From an uncultured Planctomycetaceae bacterium (GTDB taxonomy: Bacteria > Planctomycetota > Planctomycetia > Planctomycetales > Planctomycetaceae), in NCBI GenBank assembly GCA_963813715.1, contig CAWFAK010000008.1:64001-128000 (forward strand): 64,000 bases of DNA. The letters run 5' to 3'. Shown piece after piece: positions 46,738 through 56,913 of the stretch. Below the pieces are notes generated by a model. The model saw only the letters and a list, made by a program, of their open reading frames with translations, ran no database searches and had not been told where the DNA came from. Position numbers and translations under genes: made by a program. How positions within the stretch are numbered: position 1 is the first letter of the stretch; each line of letters opens with the position of its first letter.

Positions 46738-47931
46738 ATGCCAAACTACAAGTACCTGATCGTGGGCGGAGGGATGACGGCCGACGCGGCCATCGGCGGC
46801 ATTCGAGAGGTCGACACGGCCGGGTCGATCGGCTTGATCGGCAGCGAACCGCAACCGCCGTACAACCGGCCGCCGCTCACCAAGGGGCTGTGGAAGGGGA
46901 AGCCCCTCTCGAGCATTTGGCGCCAGACCGAAAAGACCGGCGTCACCCTGCACACAGGGCGAACGGCGCGCGAGCTCGATCCGCGCCGCAAACGAGTGGT
47001 CGACGACGAGGGGACGGAATATCAGTACGAGCGCCTGCTCCTGGCGACGGGCGGAAAGCCGCGGCGGCTACCGTTCGGCGATGACGAGATCATTTATTAC
47101 CGCACGTTGGCCGACTACGAACGGCTGCGGGCACTGGCCAACAAGAAGACGTCATTCGCGATAATCGGCGGCGGTTTCATCGGCTCGGAAATCGCCGCTG
47201 CTCTCGCACTCAACGGCAAGAAGGTTTCGCTCGTCATTCCCGAGGAGGCGATCTGTGCCCGTCTGTTTCCCGCCGACCTGGCCTCCTTTCTCAACGACTA
47301 CTATCGGCGGAAGGGCGTCGACGTGCTCACCGGGCAGAAGTGCACGGGCCTCGAGCGGCACGGCGAGCAATTCTCGCTGGCCATCGAGCAGGCAGAGACC
47401 AAGGAGAAGCGACAACTGCTGGCGGACGTGGTCATTGCCGGCATCGGCATCGAGCCCAACACCGAACTGGCCCGCGCGGCCGACCTCCGCTTCGACAACG
47501 GCATTTGGGTCAATTCTGATTTGCGGACCAGCACCCCGGACATCTTCGCGGCCGGGGACGTGGCCAATTTTCACAATCCCGCCCTCGACACGCGGATGCG
47601 GGTCGAACACGAAGACAACGCCAACACGATGGGCAAAGAGGCCGGCCGCTCGATGGCCGGACGCACGGTCTCCTATGACCATCTGCCCTACTTCTACTCC
47701 GATCTGTTCGACCTGGGCTACGAAGCCGTCGGCCAGACCGACGCGAAGCTGGAGACGGTCGTCGACTGGGAGGAGCGGTACAAGAAGGGTGTCATCTACT
47801 ATCTGCTAGAAGGCCGCGTGCGGGGCGTCGTGCTCTGGAACGTTTGGGAACAAGTAAACGCCGCCCGACGCCTGATCGCCGAACGCGGCCCGTTCAAGGC
47901 CGACGACCTGAAGGGGAAACTGCCGGCCTAG
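46738..47931 (+). CDS. FAD/NAD(P)-dependent oxidoreductase (ferredoxin reductase-like)
   Basis: IVGGG, PYNRPPLTK, LLATGG, GGGFIGSE, FAAGDVA, RVEH, PYFYSD. Confidence 0.92.
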   Translation: MPNYKYLIVGGGMTADAAIGGIREVDTAGSIGLIGSEPQPPYNRPPLTKGLWKGKPLSSIWRQTEKTGVTLHTGRTARELDPRRKRVVDDEGTEYQYERLLLATGGKPRRLPFGDDEIIYYRTLADYERLRALANKKTSFAIIGGGFIGSEIAAALALNGKKVSLVIPEEAICARLFPADLASFLNDYYRRKGVDVLTGQKCTGLERHGEQFSLAIEQAETKEKRQLLADVVIAGIGIEPNTELARAADLRFDNGIWVNSDLRTSTPDIFAAGDVANFHNPALDTRMRVEHEDNANTMGKEAGRSMAGRTVSYDHLPYFYSDLFDLGYEAVGQTDAKLETVVDWEERYKKGVIYYLLEGRVRGVVLWNVWEQVNAARRLIAERGPFKADDLKGKLPA

Positions 47932-48030
47932 CGGTGCAAAAGTTTGCGCCGGGCCGCTCAAGGTTTTCCGCCGCAACCGGCGATCGATGTCGCTGGTGTG
48001 TTTGCGCAGAAAAACGGACTCGGTCCCACC

Positions 48031-48105
48031 TTTCCCAAGCCGACGACTTGTCGTCGGTTCTTTCTGCTTGCGCCGGAGCCGACGACAAGTCGTCGGCTTG
48101 GGAAA
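48031..48105. repeat. REPIN-like doublet: perfect 27-bp inverted repeat with palindromic arms
   Basis: tttcccaagccgacgacttgtcgtcgg (48031-48057) / ccgacgacaagtcgtcggcttgggaaa (48079-48105). Confidence 0.9.
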
Positions 48106-48223
48106 CGGACCGCCGCTAGGATTCCGCGGCCAACTCATCCCAGCGCGACCGCTTTCCCGGTCGGCGCAGTGTGTCGTCACTCACGATCGCCCGACCGTCG
48201 GCTCGATGAACGTCAAATCGGCG

Positions 48224-49987
48224 TCAGCTGCGCGGGCGGAGGAAATCGAAGTCCGCCCCTTCGTGGGCCTGCAGCACGTGATCGATGTAGAACCGCGGGT
48301 AGCCGCGGACGTGCGAGGACGTCGGCGGCTTCCAGGCCTGGCGGCGACGCTCGAGTTCGGCCGGCTCGATCACCAGTTCCAATCGCCGCTTGTCGACGTC
48401 GAGCTCGATGAAATCGCCGTCGTGGACGAGGGCCAGCGGACCGCCGGCGGCCGCCTCCGGCGCGACGTGCAGCACGACGGTGCCGTAGCCCGTGCCGCTC
48501 ATTCGCGAATCGCTGATTCGCACGAGGTCGGTCACCCCCTGCTCGAGCAGTTTGATCGGGACGGGAATCATGCCCCACTCGGGGAAACCCGGCACGCCTT
48601 TGGGCCCGGCGTTTCGCAGCACGAGCACGCTGTCGCGATCGACGGCGAGCGCCGGGTCGTTCACGCGGGCCAGCATGTCGTCATAGCTCTCGAAGACGAC
48701 GGCCGGGCCGCGGTGCTTGAGCAGGCTGGCGGACGCGGCCGACGTTTTGATCACCGCCCCGTACGGCGCCAGGTTGCCGCGGACGACGGCGAGCGCCCCG
48801 CTTTCCCGCAACGGCTCGGAGCGCGGGCGGATCACGTCGCGATCGAACGAGCGGGCGGAGGCGAGCGAATCGCCCAGCGGCCGGCCGGTGACGGTCAGGC
48901 AGTCGAGCTGCAACAGATCGCGGATCTCCGCCAGAAGCGCCGGCAGCCCACCCGCGGCATAAAAAGCCTCCATCAGGTGCTTGCCCGAAGGGCTGAGATT
49001 CGCCAACAGCGGCGTGGTTTCGGCCAATTCGTCGAAGCGGTCGAGCCGCAGGTCGATGTTACGTCGGCCGGCGATGGCGATCAGGTGAATCACCGCGTTG
49101 GTCGAACCGCCCAGCGCGTGCAGCGTGCGGATGGCGTTGTCGAAGGCGGCCGGCGTGAGGATTCGCGACGGTCGCAGATCCTCGTTCACGAGCGCGACGC
49201 TGCGACGGCCGGTCGCCTCGGCCGCGGCGACGCGGCGGGCGTCGGTCGCGGGAATGGACGACGTGCCGGGCAGCATCATGCCGAGCGCCTCGGAGAGGGC
49301 CGTCATCGTCGACGCGGTCCCCATCGTGTTGCAGGCGCCGGCCGAGCAGCCGTAACAGGCTTCGATCTCGCGGAAGTCTTCGTCACTGATCCGCCCGGCC
49401 CGCAGCTCGTCCCAATACTTCCACAAATCGGTGCCGGTGCCCACTTCGGCACCGCGCCAGCGTCCGGTCGTCCGCGGCCCGCCGTTGAGCTGGATGGCCG
49501 GCAGGTCGGCGCTGGCGGCCGCCATCAGCTGGGCGGGCGTCGTTTTGTCGCAGTTGCACAACAGCACCACGCCGTCGATCGGGTTGGCCCGCAGCGTCTC
49601 CTCGACCTCCATCGCCATCAGGTTGCGATAGAGCATGGCCGAGGGCTTCATGAACTCTTCGCCCAGCGAAATCGTCGGGAACTCGAGCGGCAACCCGCCG
49701 GCCGCCAGCACGCCGCGCTTCACGGCGTCGGCCAGCTCGCGGAGGTTCGAGTTGCAGTTGTTGAGCTCACTCCAACTGTTGGCGATGCCGATCACCGGCC
49801 GCCCGGCATAAACCTCCGGGTCGATCCCCATCGACCGCAGCGCGGCCCGATGCTGAAAGGCCGTATCGCTGCGCCCGGCAAACCAGCGAGCGCTTCGCAG
49901 CTTTGTCTTCGATTCTGCTCCCCTCTCGCCTTGCGGGAGACGGGTTGGGGGTGAGGGGTTTCCGGCCGCCGGCGTCGAGTCTTGCAC
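48224..49987 (-). CDS. IlvD/Edd family dehydratase (sugar-acid dehydratase-like)
   Basis: LRSARWF, NNCN, CDKTTP, CNTMGTAS, GGSTN, SDSRMSGT, HVAPEA. Confidence 0.92.
   Translation of the reverse strand: MQDSTPAAGNPSPPTRLPQGERGAESKTKLRSARWFAGRSDTAFQHRAALRSMGIDPEVYAGRPVIGIANSWSELNNCNSNLRELADAVKRGVLAAGGLPLEFPTISLGEEFMKPSAMLYRNLMAMEVEETLRANPIDGVVLLCNCDKTTPAQLMAAASADLPAIQLNGGPRTTGRWRGAEVGTGTDLWKYWDELRAGRISDEDFREIEACYGCSAGACNTMGTASTMTALSEALGMMLPGTSSIPATDARRVAAAEATGRRSVALVNEDLRPSRILTPAAFDNAIRTLHALGGSTNAVIHLIAIAGRRNIDLRLDRFDELAETTPLLANLSPSGKHLMEAFYAAGGLPALLAEIRDLLQLDCLTVTGRPLGDSLASARSFDRDVIRPRSEPLRESGALAVVRGNLAPYGAVIKTSAASASLLKHRGPAVVFESYDDMLARVNDPALAVDRDSVLVLRNAGPKGVPGFPEWGMIPVPIKLLEQGVTDLVRISDSRMSGTGYGTVVLHVAPEAAAGGPLALVHDGDFIELDVDKRRLELVIEPAELERRRQAWKPPTSSHVRGYPRFYIDHVLQAHEGADFDFLRPRS
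49918..49958 (-). repeat. CCCTCACCCC..CTCCC-type REP element
   Basis: ctcccctctcgccttgcgggagacgggttgggggtgagggg. Confidence 0.75.
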
Positions 49988-50026
49988 CGCGATCTAAGCC
50001 CCCCTGAAACTGCCGTTCTCGGTCGA

Positions 50027-50377
50027 TCAAACTTCCATCAGAGCGAAAGAAAAATACACAATCCAGACCGCGATCGGAACGATGCGATGTCCCCGTTCGC
50101 GGCGGAGGCGCGAAACGAAGAAGCACGCCACTGAGCCCACCCCCACGAGCATGCCGACGAAGCCCACCGAGGATCCGCGATCGACCAGCGATTGTCCCGT
50201 CTGCTTGAGTGCCGAAATGACCTCCGGCGAGGCGCCGTCATGGCGGGCGTCTGGCACCCGGGCGATGCGGCCCACTCCCGCGCCAATGATGCTTTTGGCC
50301 TGGAGGTCAACCGCGACGGCGGTAAGGCCGATCACGATCGAGGCCAGATACCAGGCACGCCGGCGAAACCATTCCAT
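50027..50377 (-). CDS. Small three-TM hypothetical protein
   Basis: Hydrophobic segments, lies directly downstream of the MBL gene. Confidence 0.55.
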   Translation of the reverse strand: MEWFRRRAWYLASIVIGLTAVAVDLQAKSIIGAGVGRIARVPDARHDGASPEVISALKQTGQSLVDRGSSVGFVGMLVGVGSVACFFVSRLRRERGHRIVPIAVWIVYFSFALMEV

Positions 50378-50390
50378 CGCGCCCTTCCCC

Positions 50391-51257
50391 TCAGGAAGCA
50401 ACCATCCGTTCGACCAGATCGAGCATTTGTCGGCGCATTTCGTCGGCCGGCAGGTGGACGCGTTGACCGTGGCCGGGCAGCACCCAGTCGAAACGGTAGT
50501 CGGCCAACCGCCGCATCGACTCCGTCTGGCGACGCCAAGAATACCAGCAATAGTCGCGCGATGCCGCCAGCCGCTGGGTGTCGCGGTCGAAATCGAGATG
50601 GTCGCCGGTAAAGAGAAAGCGGTTGCGAAAGAGCAGGCAGCAGTGCCCCGAGGTGTGGCCGGGCGTCGGAATGGCGATGAGTTCAGTCGTCAATTGCGTC
50701 GGCTCGTCCCCATCGAGGACGACCTCCGCACCCGGTTGAGACGACAGCTCAGTGCGATGGATCACCCGCCGGGCAGCGAAGTGGGCCGCATAGCGCTCGG
50801 CGTCGGCCACGTCGTCGCGATGCGTGAGGAAGATGTTCGCGACGCCGCCCCGCTCTGCAAACCGCTTCACGAGTTGCGGCAGAAACTTGGGCGAGTCGAC
50901 GAGCCAGTTGCCGCCCGGATGCTCGATGAAATAGCTATTGCCGCCGAACGATTTGGGCGAGTTGAAGCCGCAATAATAAACGGGCTGCTCGACGAGCAGC
51001 GGAAAATCAGCCATCACCGCCTTGCGGTCGTCGTCGGCCCGGTCGCCGATTGATCCCGTCGGACACGCGAGCAATGCCCGCAGTGCCTGGCGGCGATCGC
51101 CCGCGGCTCCCGGCTGACGATGAACGTACGCGGTGCCGGGCCCCTCGGCGAAGACAGCCGGGGCGAGTTGCCGGCACGTGTCGCAATCGATGCACGTGGT
51201 GTCGACGAAGAAATCGCCGGGCACGTTTTCGCGGACGCTCTTGTGCGGATTGGCCAT
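50391..51257 (-). CDS. Ferredoxin-fused MBL-fold metallo-hydrolase
   Basis: CIDCDTC..ACP, THRDDVAD, TPGHTSG, TGDH, LPGHG. Confidence 0.9.
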   Translation of the reverse strand: MANPHKSVRENVPGDFFVDTTCIDCDTCRQLAPAVFAEGPGTAYVHRQPGAAGDRRQALRALLACPTGSIGDRADDDRKAVMADFPLLVEQPVYYCGFNSPKSFGGNSYFIEHPGGNWLVDSPKFLPQLVKRFAERGGVANIFLTHRDDVADAERYAAHFAARRVIHRTELSSQPGAEVVLDGDEPTQLTTELIAIPTPGHTSGHCCLLFRNRFLFTGDHLDFDRDTQRLAASRDYCWYSWRRQTESMRRLADYRFDWVLPGHGQRVHLPADEMRRQMLDLVERMVAS

Positions 51258-51381
51258 ACGGCAATTGTACGAGGCGGAACGAAAAACGGAGTCATGATCT
51301 GATCGGAGAGCGGCGCAGAACGACTCCCGTCCCATTTAGTCCGCTCACGCTCGCGTCCTAACGGGTGCAACGTCTCACGGC

Positions 51382-53150
51382 CTACGGCGTGTCGGCCGAG
51401 ATCGATTGGAGGAGCCGATCGCACTCGGCGACCGTCAGCCGCCGGGCTGTACGTTCGAGCATTCTCTTCAAGAGTCGTTTGCCTTCGACGCTTGTGGGAA
51501 ACCCCATGTTTCCCAATGGTCCGACGCTCGTGACGAGAACCGCTCCATCGGGCTCGGCGATCGCGAACCAAGGGACGCCGAGGTCTCGGCGCGGGTTGAA
51601 TTTTCCAATCACCTGGCGGGAGTGCTCGTCGCATTGCAGCACCTTCACGACCACGTAATCCTTGGCTAGGAGTGCGTGCTGGTCGTCTAACCAGCGAGCC
51701 AGCCGAAGACAGGGGCCGCAACGCGGACCTCCCTCGACAAACAACAACCTTCGTTGGGTCTCACGAGCCTCCCTCTCGGCGGCAGTCAGGATCGCCTGCG
51801 CATCGCGCACCGGTGGCGCACCTTGCTTGATGAATTCGGCGAGCTGCCGGTGGAGGCCCGCATTGCCCGCGATCATCAGCCTGCTCTCCGCGAGCCTGGT
51901 CCCTGTCCCGTCGACGGCGATGAACGCAATCTCGCCTGTCTTGGGTCGCTCCCACCCCAGCCGAGTGAATAGGGCGCTTTCGGATTGGCTCTCCTTCGCG
52001 CTCACCACGAGCGGCAGCAATCGCAGGATCTCAGGCGGAATCCTCGGAAGTCCATATTTGCTGACCAAAGGTCGTGACGTCCTTCGACGAGTCTCCCAAT
52101 AACAGGACCAGAGGCCGCATGCCGGCCAGATGCGCATCGCGGTTGAGCGACGCGATCCGCTGTTCCAACGGCACGTGTCGACCTTGCGCGAGCGGCAAAT
52201 GGCCCTTCCGGAACCAGGGAGTCACCGTCCCAAGTAAAGCGGTGCCCGTCGCTGTCGATCACGCGGCCAATCGGTAAACCCAGCCCCTCGATTGAAAAGA
52301 CGCTGTCGGGAAGATCTTGATTGAAGGCGGCTTGTTCAACGGTCGCGACTTCTTCGATTTTCAGTTTGCCGGCGTCGATCTTGCGGAAAGTCACCTCGTT
52401 CGGATACCAGATGCCCGGCTGCGGGTAAGATTTGAGCTTTGTGCGAATCGACTGCTCGTACACACGGTCCCCTTCGCCGGATTTCACGGCAATGTAAATG
52501 GGCTGGTGTCCCTCGCCGCTGGCCGTCAGCCAGTACTCGCAAACCGGCTTGTGCTGCCCTCGACCAATGGAATAAGTGACTTTTTCAATTGGCCGACCGC
52601 CTTCGTCGACTCCAGGTTCCATGCGGAGATCCTGGCGATCGGGGCCAAGAAAATACGTCTCAAAGGCGAATTGGTCGATGGACTCAAAAAACCAGGCAAC
52701 CAGCCCAAAACGGCGCGGGTCCGGAATCTCAGACGCCATCGGCGGCTTCGTGTTCGACCCGAACAACTGGACGACCTGGTCGTTTCCGAGGTCGCGGATG
52801 TAGTGGTCGTTGGTCCAGACGATTTTGGACAGAGGTACGGAGGCGCCGCTGGAGGGGTCCAGTCACTCCAGATCCGCGCACCATTTGTCACCTTTAAAGT
52901 ACACCGTGTATCGACGATCAACGCGCGTGGCAGCTGGCGAGCGTGCAAATGTGTTGTCGTGGAGCCTGATCACGACGCGGCCGGAATGAAGGTCTCTTCT
53001 TGATTTGACGATCCTAGCCTCGATCGCCAGAATCCCGGCCTTTGATTGCACCGGCTCCGCACCAAGGAGGCGGACCTCACTTAACGACAGCGTCAGCGAG
53101 AGAACCAGCAACGCGCTCCAGGCACAGTGAGAATAGGTCGTCCCAGGCAT
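51382..53150 (-). pseudogene. Exported protein with C-terminal thioredoxin-like domain, disrupted by an in-frame TGA (52863) and about 2 frameshifts
   Basis: Signal peptide in ORF 52863..53150; same frame resumes into ORF 52002..52766; CGPC and GVPWF in ORF 51382..52137. Confidence 0.6.
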
Positions 53151-53345
53151 GTTACGAACCTTCGTGAGGTTTAATTAAGACCGATCGACGTGTCATGAAG
53201 AGCCCCGCGAATTGGTTGAGCAGTACGGGTACCGACGGCGTGATCCCACCATTGTATGGTGCTAGAACGAAAACGCGCTCGTGATTTGGTCGAGAGAACA
53301 CAGCGAGCGAAGCTAGAGAACGAAAAGATTAACAGGGCAAAAGAG

Positions 53346-53386
53346 CCCTCACCTCGGCCCTTTCCCGGCGGACCGGGAGAGAGAGG
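53346..53386 (+). repeat. CCCTCACC..CTCCC-type REP element
   Basis: ccctcacctcggccctttcccggcggaccgggagagagagg, just 3' of the PhyH gene. Confidence 0.75.
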
Positions 53387-53394
53387 AAGAGGAA

Positions 53395-54249
53395 TCAATC
53401 CTGGGACGGCCGTGGCGGATTCGCCCAGTGGCCCGAGGGATCTGCTCCGCTGACGATCACGCCCTTCTGGTTCCAATCGAGGCCGGCGCGCACGTCGGCC
53501 GCGCAGTAACGGAGCGTCAGTCCGCAGCGGCGGCGGTCCGAGTCGTTTGCCTCCGAGCCGTGCAAGAGCATGTCGTTGTGGATCGAAATTTCGCCCGCGT
53601 TGAGCTCGACGTCGATCGGCTCGCCGAACTGCTCGGCGTTCTCGACAGTCTGGTTGAGCGTGTTGCGTTCGTCCTCTTCGCTCAGCCGCCAGGTGAGATG
53701 GCCGTGATGATGCGAGCCGGGAATGAATCGCATGCAGGCGTTGCCGCGGTCGGCGTCGTCGATCGCCAGCCAGACGGTCGCAGTCTTGGAGGGGGTCAGC
53801 GGCCAGTAACTCGCATCCTGGTGCCACGAGACGCGCTTGCCGTCGTGAGGCATCTTGCAAAAGAAGTGCGAGCCCCAGGCGACGACGTTCTCGCCCAACA
53901 GGTCGCGGACGCACGCGACGATCCGTGGATTGGTGAGCAGGTCGTACACGCGGCCGTGCTTGAGGTGGGCCGTGCTGATCGAATAGCTCGTGCCTCCCTC
54001 GGCCAGCACGCGAGCCAACAGCTCGTCGAAATAGCGGCGGTTCTCGCGGCTTTCACTGTCGCTGAAGATGCGAACGCCCTTCACATAGCCGTCGCGATTG
54101 AAGGCGTCGATCTGCTCGCGTGAGAGCGTGCGCGGCGCGGAATTGTGCACCGGGTGAAACTTGAGATCGCGCGGTAGGCTCTCGATGGCCGCCTGATCGG
54201 GCACTGCTTGAAAACCGGCGGAATTTCCAGACGCAGGCGAATTTGGCAT
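53395..54249 (-). CDS. Phytanoyl-CoA dioxygenase (PhyH) family Fe/2OG oxygenase
   Basis: WHQDASYW, VWLAIDDA, IPGSH, LHGS..N.S..RR. Confidence 0.92.
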   Translation of the reverse strand: MPNSPASGNSAGFQAVPDQAAIESLPRDLKFHPVHNSAPRTLSREQIDAFNRDGYVKGVRIFSDSESRENRRYFDELLARVLAEGGTSYSISTAHLKHGRVYDLLTNPRIVACVRDLLGENVVAWGSHFFCKMPHDGKRVSWHQDASYWPLTPSKTATVWLAIDDADRGNACMRFIPGSHHHGHLTWRLSEEDERNTLNQTVENAEQFGEPIDVELNAGEISIHNDMLLHGSEANDSDRRRCGLTLRYCAADVRAGLDWNQKGVIVSGADPSGHWANPPRPSQD

Positions 54250-54344
54250 CGGAGGCTCCTCGAACCGAGCTTAGCGAAGACAGCCCCGATTTCGCCAGAA
54301 TGAACGGGTGCGCCGGTTCGGCGTGCCTCGAAGTCCAGCGGACC

Positions 54345-56024
54345 TCAGTCTTTGGCCGTGGTTGCCAGCGGTTCGAGCCGCCGCTCTTCGGAATCGCGAA
54401 CCACGTCGGCGAGCAAACCGCCACGCTTGGGCAAGCGCACCTCGAACTGCGACCCGGCGTCGGGCCGGCTGGTGACGGTAATCTGTCCGCCGTGCGCCTC
54501 GACGATCGACTTGCAAATCGCCAGTCCGAGCCCAATGCCGCCGTCTTTCCGCGAGCGGGCCTTATCGACGCGGTAAAACCGCTCGAAGATATGTGGCAAG
54601 TGCTCGGAATCGATGCCGATCCCCGTGTCCGAGATGCCGAGGATCACTTCACCCTTGCTCGAGCGGGTCGTAACCACGACACGACCACCGTCGTGGTTGT
54701 AGCGGATCGCGTTAGTCAAGAGGTTGGTGACCACCTGCGTGACGCGATCGGAATCGGCCAGCGCCCCGGCGGACTCGAGGTCGGCGTCGATCGTGATCTG
54801 TCGTTTCTCGGCCAGGGGCCGCAGTTGGGCGACGCAGTCGCCGGCGATTTTCGAGAGATCGAGGGGCCGGCAGTCGAGCTGTAGTTCGCCCGAATCAAAC
54901 CGAGCAAGCGTCAGCAGCGATTCGACGACGGTCTTCATCCGCAGGGCCGAGCGGCGGCAGGTTTCGATCGTCTCCCGCAGCTCGTTGGCCGGGCGCGCCT
55001 TGTCGAGGGCCAGCTCGGCATGCGAAAGAATCACGGCCAGCGGCGTCCGCAATTCGTGCGAGGCATCGGCCGTGAAACGGACCTGCTGGGAAAAGGCCGA
55101 CTCGAGCCGATCGATCATTTGGTTGAGCGTGCGGGCCAGCCCCGTCAGCTCGGTTTCGGTGCCAGAGACGTCGATCCGCCGCGACAGATTCGAGAGTGAG
55201 ATCTCGGCCGCTGTCGCGCTGATCGTGGCGATGGGCTTGATCACGCGCCCTGAGAACCAGAATCCACCAATCAGTCCGGCTGCCAGCACAGCCGCACTGA
55301 TTCCGGCCAACAGCCAGGCCCGCTCGTGCAGCGCGGCGACGTCGCTTTCGATCGAGCGGCCGACGAGCAGGTAGTAGAAGCGGTGCTGATAAATGATTTC
55401 CCGCAGATTGCCCCGTTGCCGCACCATGCGGATGGGAGCGGCGCGCGGTTCGGGATGCATTTCGGGGAGGGGAACATCGGTCGCCGACGTCGACTTGAGC
55501 AGGACATGCCCGTCGCCCAGGAAGGCGACAAAGTAGGCCGTCGTTCCCAGTTCTTCTTCAAAGAAGCCGGGGAAGTCCTCGTTGAGTTCGAAAGCCCGCG
55601 GCCCGCGACGGCCGAAGAATCCCGGTGGGCCCGAAGCCCCAGGCGGTGGGCCCGGCGGCTCACCTTGCGTGACTTGGGAGGGCGGAGCCGGCCTGGTCAC
55701 CCCGTTGGCGGCGGCGTCTTTGCTCTCCGCGTCGGCCTTCTCGCGGCCCTTGTCGCTGGCCCCTTTGCTCGCCGCGTCGTCTCTATTGGCGACATTCGCG
55801 TCCGGGCGGGGGACGTCGATTTGCCGGAACGCTCGGCGTTGCCGGCCGCCGGTGGGGCGGAGCCCGGCTGCGACGACGTCGGACATGCGGTCGAGACCCG
55901 CGTCGATCTGCTGGTAGGTCGTCACCCGCATCTGGTAGAAGACGATCCACCCGAAGACGATGAGCACTGTGGCCAGGATGGCCGCGTGCCACATCTGCAG
56001 AGTCCAGCGGATCGAGCGGAACAT
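54345..56024 (-). CDS. HAMP-domain sensor histidine kinase
   Basis: Two TMs, FTADASHELRTPL, NLLTNAIRY, DTGIG, FERFYRVD, GLGLAI. Confidence 0.95.
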   Translation of the reverse strand: MFRSIRWTLQMWHAAILATVLIVFGWIVFYQMRVTTYQQIDAGLDRMSDVVAAGLRPTGGRQRRAFRQIDVPRPDANVANRDDAASKGASDKGREKADAESKDAAANGVTRPAPPSQVTQGEPPGPPPGASGPPGFFGRRGPRAFELNEDFPGFFEEELGTTAYFVAFLGDGHVLLKSTSATDVPLPEMHPEPRAAPIRMVRQRGNLREIIYQHRFYYLLVGRSIESDVAALHERAWLLAGISAAVLAAGLIGGFWFSGRVIKPIATISATAAEISLSNLSRRIDVSGTETELTGLARTLNQMIDRLESAFSQQVRFTADASHELRTPLAVILSHAELALDKARPANELRETIETCRRSALRMKTVVESLLTLARFDSGELQLDCRPLDLSKIAGDCVAQLRPLAEKRQITIDADLESAGALADSDRVTQVVTNLLTNAIRYNHDGGRVVVTTRSSKGEVILGISDTGIGIDSEHLPHIFERFYRVDKARSRKDGGIGLGLAICKSIVEAHGGQITVTSRPDAGSQFEVRLPKRGGLLADVVRDSEERRLEPLATTAKD

Positions 56025-56096
56025 GGTAGCGCTTCCAGCTCCTGCAAATCCGTGCCACCGTGCCGCCCAGCGGCACGGACCTCAAATCCGGCGACG

Positions 56097-56750
56097 TTAA
56101 ATTCGAACCAGGTATCCGTGGCCGCGACGCGTGGTGATGAACTCCCGGCCCAGTTTCTTGCGGACGTTCGAGACGTGGACTTCGACCAGGTTCGACAGGC
56201 TGTCGTCGTCCTCGCCGTAGAGATGTTCGTAAATCATCGTGCGTGTGACCAGTCGGCCGGCATGCAACGCCAGCAGCTCAACTAAAGCATACTCCCGCGC
56301 AGTGAGTTCGACTTCAATTCCATTGCGGGTGACCGAGCGGGAGCGGGTGTCGATCACCACGCCTTTGACGTCGATCACCGGGTGCGACTTGCCCGCCGCC
56401 CGCCGGATCAGGGCCCGCAAACGGGCCCGCAGCTCGGTCAACTCGAACGGCTTGACCAGGTAGTCGTCCGCACCGCCGTCCAGCCCCCGCACCCGATCGT
56501 TGACCCGATCTTTGGCGGTCAAAATCAGGACGGGGACCGTCTTCGAGCGCCTCAGCCGTTCGAGCAGGCTCCAGCCATCGAGCTTGGGGAGCATGATATC
56601 CAGCACGATGGCGTCATAGTCCCAACTCGTGGCTTTGAACAATCCTTCGTCGCCATCTTCGGCCGTGTCGACCGCGTATCCTTCCTCTCGCAGCGTGCAG
56701 GCAATGACAAACAGCAAGTCCGGGTCATCTTCGACGACCAGAATTCTCAT
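56097..56750 (-). CDS. OmpR-family response regulator
   Basis: VVEDD, LDIMLP, ILTA, DDYLVKPF, winged-helix TRRGHGY. Confidence 0.95.
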   Translation of the reverse strand: MRILVVEDDPDLLFVIACTLREEGYAVDTAEDGDEGLFKATSWDYDAIVLDIMLPKLDGWSLLERLRRSKTVPVLILTAKDRVNDRVRGLDGGADDYLVKPFELTELRARLRALIRRAAGKSHPVIDVKGVVIDTRSRSVTRNGIEVELTAREYALVELLALHAGRLVTRTMIYEHLYGEDDDSLSNLVEVHVSNVRKKLGREFITTRRGHGYLVRI

Positions 56751-56913
56751 GACGCAATCGATCCCTGCGTGCCAACCGGATTCCCCGCCGCGAAGCGGAG
56801 ATTTTGGCCTGGCCCGCCCTGTTCATCGTGACAAGTACGGCAGCCCGGCCGCAAGGGGAAAGCGGCCGGGCTGCGCGAAAGGATCGGTCCGTCAACGACG
56901 CTTCGGAGCAATG

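Noticed and set aside
47987..49954. 655-aa plus-strand ORF
   Set aside because: Antisense shadow of the IlvD/Edd dehydratase
52863..52865. In-frame TGA as selenocysteine
   Set aside because: Not in a redox motif, no evident SECIS, and the gene has other disruptions; a TGG-to-TGA change or an error is simpler
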